A stretch of DNA of 52,402 nucleotides from a virus. Its lineage: Duplodnaviria > Caudoviricetes. The notes under the pieces are model-generated. The model had not been told where the DNA came from, searched no databases, and was given only the letters and a program-made list of their open reading frames with translations. A program made the translations under genes and the position numbers. Location: positions 1 to 52,402 of the IMG/VR virus record IMGVR_UViG_3300029268_000024. One strand, written 5' to 3'. Positions 28,410 through 37,215 of the stretch are shown here, one piece after another. The first letter of the stretch is position 1. Each line of letters begins with the position of its first letter.

Positions 28410-29459
28410 TTATAATCTTACATTGTTTATTATACAAAATTTTTGAATGTATGATGCTGGCAATCCGATATTTAATCCATAGTCTCCGCTTTTCGTTACA
28501 ATGGCAGTTAACATTCCAACAACCTTACTATTGTTGGTTTTCACAATAGGGCCACCGCTATTACCTGAAAAAACCGCCGAATCTACAAACATATACTTGG
28601 CCGCTCCTTCTCTAGGATAGATGGTTCTATTGATTGATCCCACATTACCAAATGAAACATTATTTTCAAATCCTAACGGGCTTCCTATCGTCATTACATC
28701 GTCTCCCGCATCCACAGTTAAATCCAATTCAAATGGAACCGCATCAACCTCTGCCTTCAAAATGGCAACATCCAGAACTGTATCTGCGGCAAAAATCTTA
28801 GCAGGATATTTATTGCCTGCCTGTAATAGATTTACGGTAATTGTATTAGAATATGAAAATAAATCAAGAACTTTTTCTTTAATTCCAACGACATGCGCAC
28901 AAGTGATAAAAATTCCATTACCAACACAAAAAGCGGAACCAATTTCTCTTGTCCCCTCAGTTAAACTAATAGTTTCTACTTTAAATGTCTTTTGGATGGA
29001 ACCAGTAACCAATTCCACTTTATCAATGGGTTGAGCTTGGGCCTGCTTGGTTCTTGCCATCCATTTAGATTTTATACCCTTCTCTTTAAGTTTTCTTTTA
29101 TGTTGTTGCGCCAATTCAAAAGAAGGAAATACCCTAGTTCCACCGGGGGATCTAACTGTCCATTCTTCTTGAACGCTGTTGTGGGGCGACATCATATTGT
29201 TCATGATATCAAGATCACGCTCTTGTCTTTTGTATCTATCCCCTTCGTCCTTATAAGAAGTAAGAGTATCGTCTCCCCATCCATCGCTCCAGTCTCCTCC
29301 ACCACTAGGAATCTTATATTGTTTATCCCCTTGTAAAATATCTTGAATAGTGATTACATTATTAAAGGGAACCACTGACTTTGGGGTAACGGGTGAAAGG
29401 CCTGTTCCGGGGGCTAGGATCTCAGGCATGAAAGTTCTGGCTTGAATGATTTTGCTCAT
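28410..29459 (-). CDS. Trypsin-like (S1C/HtrA-type, no PDZ) serine protease with N-terminal extension
   Basis: Catalytic triad motifs ITCAHVV, DVAILK and GNSGGP. Confidence 0.92.
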   Translation of the reverse strand: MSKIIQARTFMPEILAPGTGLSPVTPKSVVPFNNVITIQDILQGDKQYKIPSGGGDWSDGWGDDTLTSYKDEGDRYKRQERDLDIMNNMMSPHNSVQEEWTVRSPGGTRVFPSFELAQQHKRKLKEKGIKSKWMARTKQAQAQPIDKVELVTGSIQKTFKVETISLTEGTREIGSAFCVGNGIFITCAHVVGIKEKVLDLFSYSNTITVNLLQAGNKYPAKIFAADTVLDVAILKAEVDAVPFELDLTVDAGDDVMTIGSPLGFENNVSFGNVGSINRTIYPREGAAKYMFVDSAVFSGNSGGPIVKTNNSKVVGMLTAIVTKSGDYGLNIGLPASYIQKFCIINNVRL

Positions 29460-29500
29460 ATCATAACATTATTTCAAGATATTGAGCGAAAAATCCTTTT

Positions 29501-30304
29501 TTATATCTCTAAATCGTCATCGCCTTCTTCGTTCTCTTCTTCGTCAAGGAAAGCATCTGCGCTCTTATCTTCGGATTGATCTAGTGGAATAAATTTTTCA
29601 GCCTTTTTAATAGCTTCGGCTTCGGGTAGAATGGAATTTTTCATAGCAATTTTTGTAGCTTTTCTATCACCCGTAGCAACAACCGCTTCTCCACCAGTTT
29701 TTTCAGAAGCATCTAATTTAGACTGATCTTCAACAACCTCTTCCCTCTCTCTATCGGCCTTTTCTTCGGCCTCTATATCTTTCAAGGCCTGTAAAGATGC
29801 TTGGGTTGCATCGCTATCAGGCATATCACCCGTAACAGATTTAACCATATGTCCATCCACAGGGCCACCCGATGTCATAACGACTACCTTCCCCTCCATT
29901 TCCTCTGGATTTGAACCCGATGAAACTTTAACAGGGGCTAATTTCTTAATGGGGGTAACAGCCGTTTTGATAGGCTTTTTGGCAGGCTTTGCTTTGTTTT
30001 TAGAACCTTTGGGTCTCCCTCCCTTAAAGGTTTTAGGTTTATCTTCTACAGGTGTTGGATTAGGAGTAGTTGTGGGGGATGGAATGACAGGCTGAGTCTT
30101 GGGAACAATAATTGGATTAGAAATAATCACAGGCTCTTCTCTAATTATCTCAATTAATCCAGCGTTACTAAGAGAATTGACTTCTCTAATTTGTGCGTCG
30201 TTTTTAAGGTCAATACTTCTGGCTTCTATATTGCCCCTTAAAACAATACCCAAAGTGTTAAACGAAATGGTTGATGCCGTAAGGCCTTTAATAGTTACTC
30301 TCAT
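29501..30304 (-). CDS. Hypothetical protein with Pro/Lys-rich linker and AT-hook-like GRP motif
   Basis: 267 aa, AAGGAG RBS, TATAAT upstream, KGGRPKGSKNK. Confidence 0.7.
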   Translation of the reverse strand: MRVTIKGLTASTISFNTLGIVLRGNIEARSIDLKNDAQIREVNSLSNAGLIEIIREEPVIISNPIIVPKTQPVIPSPTTTPNPTPVEDKPKTFKGGRPKGSKNKAKPAKKPIKTAVTPIKKLAPVKVSSGSNPEEMEGKVVVMTSGGPVDGHMVKSVTGDMPDSDATQASLQALKDIEAEEKADREREEVVEDQSKLDASEKTGGEAVVATGDRKATKIAMKNSILPEAEAIKKAEKFIPLDQSEDKSADAFLDEEENEEGDDDLEI

Positions 30305-30347
30305 GGTTCTCTCCTTTTTTCATATTATACAACAACGTATGGAATTT

Positions 30348-30557
30348 CTAAGAGCTTTCTATAGCATCAAGAGTTATATGGTGCCTCGAAAGTTCTTTTT
30401 TAATATTAGCCATAAAACGAATACGTTCGGCATTATTAAAATGGGCAATAGAAATAAGGTCTTGAATTTCCCGGTTAGCGGCTTCTAGATTGTCTTCGTC
30501 TTTATGAAAAACTTCTAAAAAAGACTGCGTAGCCTTATTAACCCTATCGAGATCTAA
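30348..30557 (-). CDS. Putative -1 frameshift extension (69 aa) of 30554..31912
   Basis: The -1 frame after the A10 run is open (LDLDRVNKATQSFLEVFHKDEDNLEAANREIQDL...DAIESS*) and has no start or RBS of its own. Confidence 0.65.
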   Translation of the reverse strand, partial: LDLDRVNKATQSFLEVFHKDEDNLEAANREIQDLISIAHFNNAERIRFMANIKKELSRHHITLDAIESS

Positions 30558-31912
30558 TTTTTTTTTTCGTCTTCGCTTTGGCCCAAGACGGTAATTGAAA
30601 AATCAGTACTTGCCATGGTGGGTGCTTCCGGTGCCGTTGTAGGAGCGGGAGTAGGAGCCATTTGAGCCGCTTGGGGCAGAGGTTGAACTTTGCGTGGGCG
30701 ACCTTTTTTGGCAGGCATAGCATCCAATTCTTCTTCGCTCATAATGGGTTTAGTTCCCACAAAGCTAACCTGACCATCTAACAGCTTCGAAAAATCTAGG
30801 GCATCAGGCTGAACCGTTACTTTTTGGCTAGCAAGCTGTGGTTGAGATTCCAAGAAATCGATAAGATCTTTGTTAAGAGTTTCATCATCCATTTCTTTAA
30901 TAGCCTCTACATCAACACTAACGGTTCCAATAAAAAGCTTATCGTTCCCAACTTCTGCTTCTTGAACATCGTCTAAAGAAAATACTTCAGATGCGTTTTC
31001 TTGCGGTTTTAAATATTCTTCGCCAATTAATCTAGCCGACACCCATCCATTCTTGATGGTAAAATTATCAGGAGAAAAATCAGTATCTTCTAGGTGGGGC
31101 ATGCGTTGAACCGCCACATTATAAGCCTGTTCTTTAACAGCATTCTCGTCTGCCGTAGTTTCGCCCAATTCAAAAGAAAGATACAGTCCTTTCGTTCCCG
31201 CTACATCAATCGGTTTTTCTTTTATCTCTAGGAACGGTACTGGCTCCTTGTCTTCAGCCATAGGGTCAGGACCTATTTTGGATTTGCCGAACCAATCACG
31301 TGACTGAGTAGGATCAATAATTTGTGCTTCTTCGGCAATGTCAGGAGCAAGACCCTCTTCTTCCGACATCGTTTCTGGAATTCTGGCAAATGAAGAAGAT
31401 GGATCTGAAAAATCCAGTTCCTCTTCTGCTTCGGGATCAACTATTTTTGGACGATGGGATCTAGCTGTAATAGTTTTTTTTTCAGACATCGCTTCTTTCG
31501 CTGGCAATAGGTTCTCCCACCATTTCTGCTGTTTTGCCTTTGTTTCCCCAGCCATCTCATACTTCTCATCTTCTGTTTTTTTACCCGACAATCTTTTTTC
31601 TTCTAGCTTGTTGATTTTACCCTCATAGGTATCTGAATTGCGGTATTTAATATCTAGTTCGGATGTTGAAGTATTAAGATTTCTTTCTATAATCTTATCA
31701 GCAGATCCAGTTCTTTTTTCTTCCAGAAGTTTTTCCATAACCACGGGCTCGTTTTCAACCCTATCTTTGTTGAGTTGAACTTCTGTAATTTGAAATTGAT
31801 CTTCGCCGGTTCGGTCTTCTTCTAGACGAACATTAATGTGCTTATCGTCTAGATTGTCCTTTTTAGCTGTTTTTGACAAATTAAATTTACTCATCTTTTT
31901 CTCCTGTTTCAA
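30554..31912 (-). CDS. Acidic hypothetical protein (likely start MSKFNLSKTA at 31894); ends at an A10 slippery site
   Basis: AGGAG RBS before the ATG at 31894; ExQL-like repeats; ends GAA AAA AAA AAT TAG. Confidence 0.75.
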   Translation of the reverse strand: MKQEKKMSKFNLSKTAKKDNLDDKHINVRLEEDRTGEDQFQITEVQLNKDRVENEPVVMEKLLEEKRTGSADKIIERNLNTSTSELDIKYRNSDTYEGKINKLEEKRLSGKKTEDEKYEMAGETKAKQQKWWENLLPAKEAMSEKKTITARSHRPKIVDPEAEEELDFSDPSSSFARIPETMSEEEGLAPDIAEEAQIIDPTQSRDWFGKSKIGPDPMAEDKEPVPFLEIKEKPIDVAGTKGLYLSFELGETTADENAVKEQAYNVAVQRMPHLEDTDFSPDNFTIKNGWVSARLIGEEYLKPQENASEVFSLDDVQEAEVGNDKLFIGTVSVDVEAIKEMDDETLNKDLIDFLESQPQLASQKVTVQPDALDFSKLLDGQVSFVGTKPIMSEEELDAMPAKKGRPRKVQPLPQAAQMAPTPAPTTAPEAPTMASTDFSITVLGQSEDEKKN

Positions 31913-31977
31913 TCTACGCCAAACGTGAATATCTTATGTTATATTTTCTGAATTTAAGGTTTAAAATCCTTCTTATA

Positions 31978-33768
31978 TTAATATGACCATCCTGTTCTTA
32001 CCACTACCGGCTGCGGAAGGCCCATCCTAAATGTCTCATTGGCCGATGAAACCGCTCCTGAGAGACAATCTGCTAAGTCATCTGTATCCACATCACCATG
32101 TTTATCAGGGACAATAGAAAACCCCCTTGAAAGTTCCTTAAATCTTAATGCCTTGAGTTCTGCAATTAAAAGAGCCGATTCGCCACCATCATTGTATAAG
32201 TAGATCTCTGGCTCCGGTTGATAGGCCATCATCATTTTAAGATTCTGATAAATTTTCTGTTTAACCACTCTATTAAAACTCATTTGAACTGCATTGATAC
32301 CATGACTCTTAAGCAATTGAACGCTGGAGGTAGAATGATAATCGTCAAAGGTAACTGTCATAGGGTGGAATCTTGCACAAATACTTATAATATCTTGGTC
32401 AATTTGATGATATAGCAACCCTGTGCCGGGAACAGGTCTCCAAATCCATACTCCCGCCAGAAAACATCGATTCCTTTTCTTCCCTAAATAATTTGTATAT
32501 CTTTGTTTGGCCACTAAAACAGCCCCATAATTATTACCGCCTTTAGATGGATCAACATGAAGATAATAACTGAATCCGGGTTGTGGCCGAGTATGTTTTG
32601 CCAAATCGCCCCGCAAACATCTAACAATTAACCCTTCGTCAAAGAAATTACCATAGCTACCGCCTTCCGCCCATTGTGCTCCATATTCAACAGCAAACGT
32701 ATCAATGTTAGATTTTCTATCGCTGATAAATTCATCATTATTATATGGAAGACCGGGATTTGTTTTCCACGTAGGGAGATGGAAAGACAAAATTCTAGGA
32801 TCGCTTTCAGCCTGCTTATAGATTTCATAAAAGATTCCGTTGCGAGTATTGGGCGATGAAATTTCCACCAATCGTCCTTCGCCAAATTGATAAAAATGCG
32901 ATAAGGATGGTTTCAAACGATTATAAAAATATTTTCCAGTAACCTTCCCTGTTTCATCATAAAAGGCTAACTCGTCAAAAAGAATCAAAATGGCATTAAA
33001 TCCTGCTAACGAATCTGGATTACTATGTCCACAAAGAACTAAAATAGAACCGGGAACTTCCAAAGTAGCACCTTTTGATTTTTTTTCAAGATCTTTTTTG
33101 GTATAAAGTCTAATTTCAGAAGTCGTTTCTTTTGCAATACGTCCCCTGAAAAATGGCGAATTTCTTATTCTAGCCTGAATCATTCCAAATAATCTTTCTG
33201 CCTGTTTTTGAGAAAGAGCCACATTAATGATCGCTATTTCATCATCGCTAGGAAGTTTGTAATACGAATGTGGGTCTCCATTATTAATGACCAAAAGCTT
33301 ATAAACTTCGTAGGCCGTTATTACAGACGAGATAATCGTTTTACTGGCTCTTCTACCCAGAACCAATTGCAACTCATTAAAATTGGGTGGTTTTTCGCCC
33401 TCAGAAATCTTTTCTTTAGCCATTATTTTCTTGACGACATCCTTCATATTGGTTTTATAAGTTATCTCGTCCAGCGTTTCTTCTTTCTGACATTCATAAA
33501 GCCATTCCCATTCCTCTTGAGAAAGGGTTAGGTTTTCGTTTCCCCTCGATCCCATGTAGAAACACTTTAAGATAACTCGCTGAGACATCCACAAATTAAA
33601 TCCGTTATTGGGAAGATTAAGAAACCTAGGATCATTACAAAAAGTAATAATATCAACCATCTTGTACAAATCATCATCTTTTCTTAAGCTAGGATTATCG
33701 TTTTCTATTTGCCGTATAGCTGTTGATAAAGGACTTGATGCTTTCCTGTCTTCTGTTTTCTTTCTCAC
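31978..33768 (-). CDS. terL: Terminase large subunit
   Basis: Walker A-like LGRRASKT, Walker B LILFDELA, motif III ISSP, nuclease LHVDPS...FDDY...DDLAD. Confidence 0.9.
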   Translation of the reverse strand: MRKKTEDRKASSPLSTAIRQIENDNPSLRKDDDLYKMVDIITFCNDPRFLNLPNNGFNLWMSQRVILKCFYMGSRGNENLTLSQEEWEWLYECQKEETLDEITYKTNMKDVVKKIMAKEKISEGEKPPNFNELQLVLGRRASKTIISSVITAYEVYKLLVINNGDPHSYYKLPSDDEIAIINVALSQKQAERLFGMIQARIRNSPFFRGRIAKETTSEIRLYTKKDLEKKSKGATLEVPGSILVLCGHSNPDSLAGFNAILILFDELAFYDETGKVTGKYFYNRLKPSLSHFYQFGEGRLVEISSPNTRNGIFYEIYKQAESDPRILSFHLPTWKTNPGLPYNNDEFISDRKSNIDTFAVEYGAQWAEGGSYGNFFDEGLIVRCLRGDLAKHTRPQPGFSYYLHVDPSKGGNNYGAVLVAKQRYTNYLGKKRNRCFLAGVWIWRPVPGTGLLYHQIDQDIISICARFHPMTVTFDDYHSTSSVQLLKSHGINAVQMSFNRVVKQKIYQNLKMMMAYQPEPEIYLYNDGGESALLIAELKALRFKELSRGFSIVPDKHGDVDTDDLADCLSGAVSSANETFRMGLPQPVVVRTGWSY

Positions 33769-34613
33769 TTGACCACCTCTAAAATAAGTAATCCATTCTT
33801 GCCCTCTGTTAAATCAATAATGTTTTCAGACTCATAAACAATCATGCCATTTTTATTTGATATGGGGAAAGATTTAATAGAGTTCCCATCTAACACATAA
33901 ATAATATTATCTTGCAAAGTCATCCTCCTAGGTTGTACATCCTTTCTAGATGGATTCCCACAAAATAATGAAACCCCCTTACTACTTATTCTTCTAATGC
34001 AAAAATTTTCAAAATCAGCAACAAAAACATCGTTGTTGAATGTCATGATATCTGATGGACTATTAAGAGAGCATTCCGCTAAAGAATTAGACACCGAATA
34101 CCTACCTCTTCCATCTCCTATTAAAATTGATACCCTAGAATCCGAATAAGCTAAACATCGATGAATGTCGGGTGCTGTCCAAATAATACCATAGGGACTT
34201 CTAAAAGCTATCTTGGCATCTCCGCTTGGCACTACCTTCGAAAAAAGAACCCCCATAACCTTTTCATCTTCGCCTTTGAGTAAATTAGAACCAACCGATA
34301 AATTCTCCAAAACTCTTATTTTAATACCGCACTTCTCCAAAACATAAAGTTGTCGGGTAAAGGGATTATAGGCCAAAGCACATGGATCATCAAAATGAGA
34401 TTCGTAAAACTCCTGACGTTTTATCCCTTCTTCTCCCCTCCAAGGAACCACTGGATTTCCTTCTGGCGGTATTAAGCCTATACATTGATCATATACGAAA
34501 AGAATTCCCAATCCGTCAATATAACAAAAGTCTCTGATGGTAGGGGATTCTATTTCTACTATCGGTGTTGTTTTTTTAACTCCGGTAGGCTTTTCTATGA
34601 TTCTATACCTCAT
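33765..34613 (-). CDS. NHL-repeat/beta-propeller protein
   Basis: FDDPCALAY and LNSPSDI...VFVADFENFCIRRI. Confidence 0.7.
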   Translation of the reverse strand: MRYRIIEKPTGVKKTTPIVEIESPTIRDFCYIDGLGILFVYDQCIGLIPPEGNPVVPWRGEEGIKRQEFYESHFDDPCALAYNPFTRQLYVLEKCGIKIRVLENLSVGSNLLKGEDEKVMGVLFSKVVPSGDAKIAFRSPYGIIWTAPDIHRCLAYSDSRVSILIGDGRGRYSVSNSLAECSLNSPSDIMTFNNDVFVADFENFCIRRISSKGVSLFCGNPSRKDVQPRRMTLQDNIIYVLDGNSIKSFPISNKNGMIVYESENIIDLTEGKNGLLILEVVK

Positions 34614-37143
34614 TCACTATTTCCACTTGGTCTCTAGATAGCCAAACTCTTTTTCTGCCAAAATCTATATAAAGTTCAAAACCAATACCGTTAGGGATCT
34701 CATATATTTCTTGCACCATTCCAACCTTATTCAATAAACTTACAATCTTGTTATCAATACATCTAACCCTTGCCGGTTGAGATTTTAAAAACTCCATTTC
34801 GTCGTTCACAGCAGACATCTTTACTATCGAATCTTTAGCGTTGGCAAAAACCCATGTTGGATCTTCTCCTCCGAAAGATAATTCGATGGGCCTTTCTTTA
34901 ACATTAGCCACATCCCATCCCTTCATTTTACACTTAGATGGAAATTGATTGGGCATATCGGGAAGGGAAGAAATTTTAGGAGATATCAAAACCCCAAGTT
35001 CCTTCAAAAAGATATGTCCCAAAGATTCTACTATCGGTTTCCAATAACGCTGATAAAAATGAACAGAGCTTAATGGATACAAACTGGATAAATCTCCATC
35101 GGGAAAAATATCACTTACATTTAAACTATCATCCATTTCAATTCTTAGAATAGCCTTTTCGTCATCTTCTACTCGAACTATCTTAATGGCTTTGTTTTTA
35201 GGATCGCTCTTGTAAATTACATCTGGATGATGTTTGGCAACAGCAGAACAGGCTTGCTCCCCATAATGATCCATGATTTCCGAAACATCCTGCTCAGAAA
35301 ATGGATCTTCTTCTTTGGTAAACGATGCGGTAGCTTGTATTGGAGCAGGAGGCGCAACAGGTGGTTGAGAGGTTCCTGCTTCAGGCCCTATAGGAGGTGG
35401 TTGAGAGGTTCCTGCCAACATCCCACTCAATTCGTTAGGTTGGGCCTCCATTTCTTTTTTCTCTTTTTCTTTTTTGGCCTTATCTTTTGAGAGCATTTCG
35501 GGAAAATGTTCATTGGCGATTCCTCTGAACTTATTAATAATGGCATCGACTTTATCTTTGTATTCGTCTTTTTTAATGTTCTCTTTAAACGTTAATAGTT
35601 CGCCCACTATTTTTTTGATTTGTTCATAAACCATTTTTCTTTCTTTGGGGAGGTTGTCTTCAATTCCCTTGCATTGTTGGCCTATACTAACCATCACGTT
35701 TTCATATTGTTCGATTAATTGGGCCTCTGGGGTTTCGTCTATAGGAACCGGTTTGATAAAGTCTTCGGCTGCTTCTTTTTTCATAAACCACTTTTTTGCG
35801 GAAACCAATCCTTTTAGTTGCTCAAGGCTGTCATCTTTTTGTTCTGGTATTTCTTCTATTTTGTGCTTTAATGGATCTTCTGTTGCTATTTTACCATTAT
35901 CTTTCATCCATTTTATTTTTGCATCTATGGGGCAATTTGGATTTTGTGCCGCATTTTCAGAAATATTATATGCCGAATTTTGAAGAAAAACATTTTCTTC
36001 TTCTTCTTCTTTATTTCTTACTCTTTCCAGCACTTCTACCAACACTTCTGGTGGGCAATTTGGATTCGCTGCCGCATTTTGAGAAATCCAATCATCATTT
36101 CCCCTTCTTAAAATTTCCGCTAACATTTCTGGTGGACAATTTGGATTTCGTACTGCGTAATAAGCAACATTATCATGTCTTAGTCTCAAAATTTCCGTTA
36201 ACATTTCAGGTGGACAATTTTTATTTTGTGCTGCCAAATCAGAAACCCAATCGTTTTTTCCTCTTCTCAAAATTTCCGCTAACATTTCTGGCGGACAATT
36301 TTTATTTCCTGCCGCATTTTGAGAAACAGGATCATCCTTTCCCTCTCTTAGTATTTCTGTTAATATTTTTGGATCTTTGGTACTGTATGCTATATCACTT
36401 GTATATAAATCTTTGTCCCTTGCCGCTTTATACATTTTGAAATTTTTCCCTACCAGTTCTTTCAATTTCCTTAAATCTTCATCATCTTTTTGTTCTGCTA
36501 CTTCTTCTATGATGTGCCTAGTAGGATCTTCTTTGTCTATTCTCCCAGTATCTCTCATCCATTTTATTTTAGCATCTATAGGACAATTTTGATTTTTTGC
36601 TGCCTGCCAAGAAACATTATTGTATTTTCCTCTTTTCAAAACTTCTGCTAATATTTCTGGTGGACAATTTGTATTTCTTGCCGCAGCCCAAGAAACATTA
36701 TCGTTACTTCCTCTTCTTAAAATTTCTATTAGCATTTCAGGTGGACAACTTGGATTTTGCGCTGCTGCTTGAGAAACATCATCATCATTTCCTCTTTTCA
36801 AAACCTCTTCTAATATTTCTGGCGGACAATTTGGATTCGCTGCTGCATTTTTAGAAGACCAATCCTCATTTCCCCTTCTTAAAATTTCTGTTAATATTTT
36901 TGGATCTGTGGTTTCTTCTGACAACCAATAATTTTCGGCAACAGCAAAAGTTTCTAGTTTATACTTATCCCTTTCTTTAAATAGTTTTTTAGCATCCCGA
37001 TAAGCTTTCCAAGCATATTCGTAAGTTGGACGGACAAAATCAACAGAAGCATGATGTTGAAGAGAAGAGAAGCCTCCCACTTCAAATGAATATCTACCAT
37101 TTACATTGTAGAGTTTAAGATGCATATCACCAATATTATACAC
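34603..37143 (-). CDS. Multidomain protein with two blocks of LRV/HEAT-like 26-aa repeats
   Basis: Repeated AAxNxNCPPExLxExLxRG units; both blocks end in NCPIDAKIKWM.D.G.I..EDP..H.IEE. Confidence 0.85.
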   Translation of the reverse strand: MYNIGDMHLKLYNVNGRYSFEVGGFSSLQHHASVDFVRPTYEYAWKAYRDAKKLFKERDKYKLETFAVAENYWLSEETTDPKILTEILRRGNEDWSSKNAAANPNCPPEILEEVLKRGNDDDVSQAAAQNPSCPPEMLIEILRRGSNDNVSWAAARNTNCPPEILAEVLKRGKYNNVSWQAAKNQNCPIDAKIKWMRDTGRIDKEDPTRHIIEEVAEQKDDEDLRKLKELVGKNFKMYKAARDKDLYTSDIAYSTKDPKILTEILREGKDDPVSQNAAGNKNCPPEMLAEILRRGKNDWVSDLAAQNKNCPPEMLTEILRLRHDNVAYYAVRNPNCPPEMLAEILRRGNDDWISQNAAANPNCPPEVLVEVLERVRNKEEEEENVFLQNSAYNISENAAQNPNCPIDAKIKWMKDNGKIATEDPLKHKIEEIPEQKDDSLEQLKGLVSAKKWFMKKEAAEDFIKPVPIDETPEAQLIEQYENVMVSIGQQCKGIEDNLPKERKMVYEQIKKIVGELLTFKENIKKDEYKDKVDAIINKFRGIANEHFPEMLSKDKAKKEKEKKEMEAQPNELSGMLAGTSQPPPIGPEAGTSQPPVAPPAPIQATASFTKEEDPFSEQDVSEIMDHYGEQACSAVAKHHPDVIYKSDPKNKAIKIVRVEDDEKAILRIEMDDSLNVSDIFPDGDLSSLYPLSSVHFYQRYWKPIVESLGHIFLKELGVLISPKISSLPDMPNQFPSKCKMKGWDVANVKERPIELSFGGEDPTWVFANAKDSIVKMSAVNDEMEFLKSQPARVRCIDNKIVSLLNKVGMVQEIYEIPNGIGFELYIDFGRKRVWLSRDQVEIVNEV
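35810..36915. repeat. ~78-bp coding repeats in two duplicated modules
   Basis: Recurring tttctgg(c/t)ggacaattt motif with about 78-nt spacing. Confidence 0.8.
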
Positions 37144-37154
37144 AATATTCCTAT

Positions 37155-37192
37155 AAAAAAAGCCTGTCTATTCTTTCTCAATAGACAGGCTT
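37155..37192 (-). terminator. Intrinsic terminator after RNR, overlapping a promoter-like motif
   Basis: AGCCTGTCTATT...AATAGACAGGCT followed by a T run on the minus strand. Confidence 0.8.
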
Positions 37193-37215
37193 CAATCCTT
37201 TGATTATCGTTATTA

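Noticed and set aside
30350-30398. Possible structured ncRNA hairpin in the apparent intergenic gap
   Set aside because: Pairing is weak and the region is better explained as the -1 frame coding extension.
35810-36915. ~78-bp periodic repeats as a possible CRISPR array or DGR template/variable pair
   Set aside because: They encode protein repeats, I saw no adenine-restricted pattern of differences by eye, and there is no reverse transcriptase in the window.
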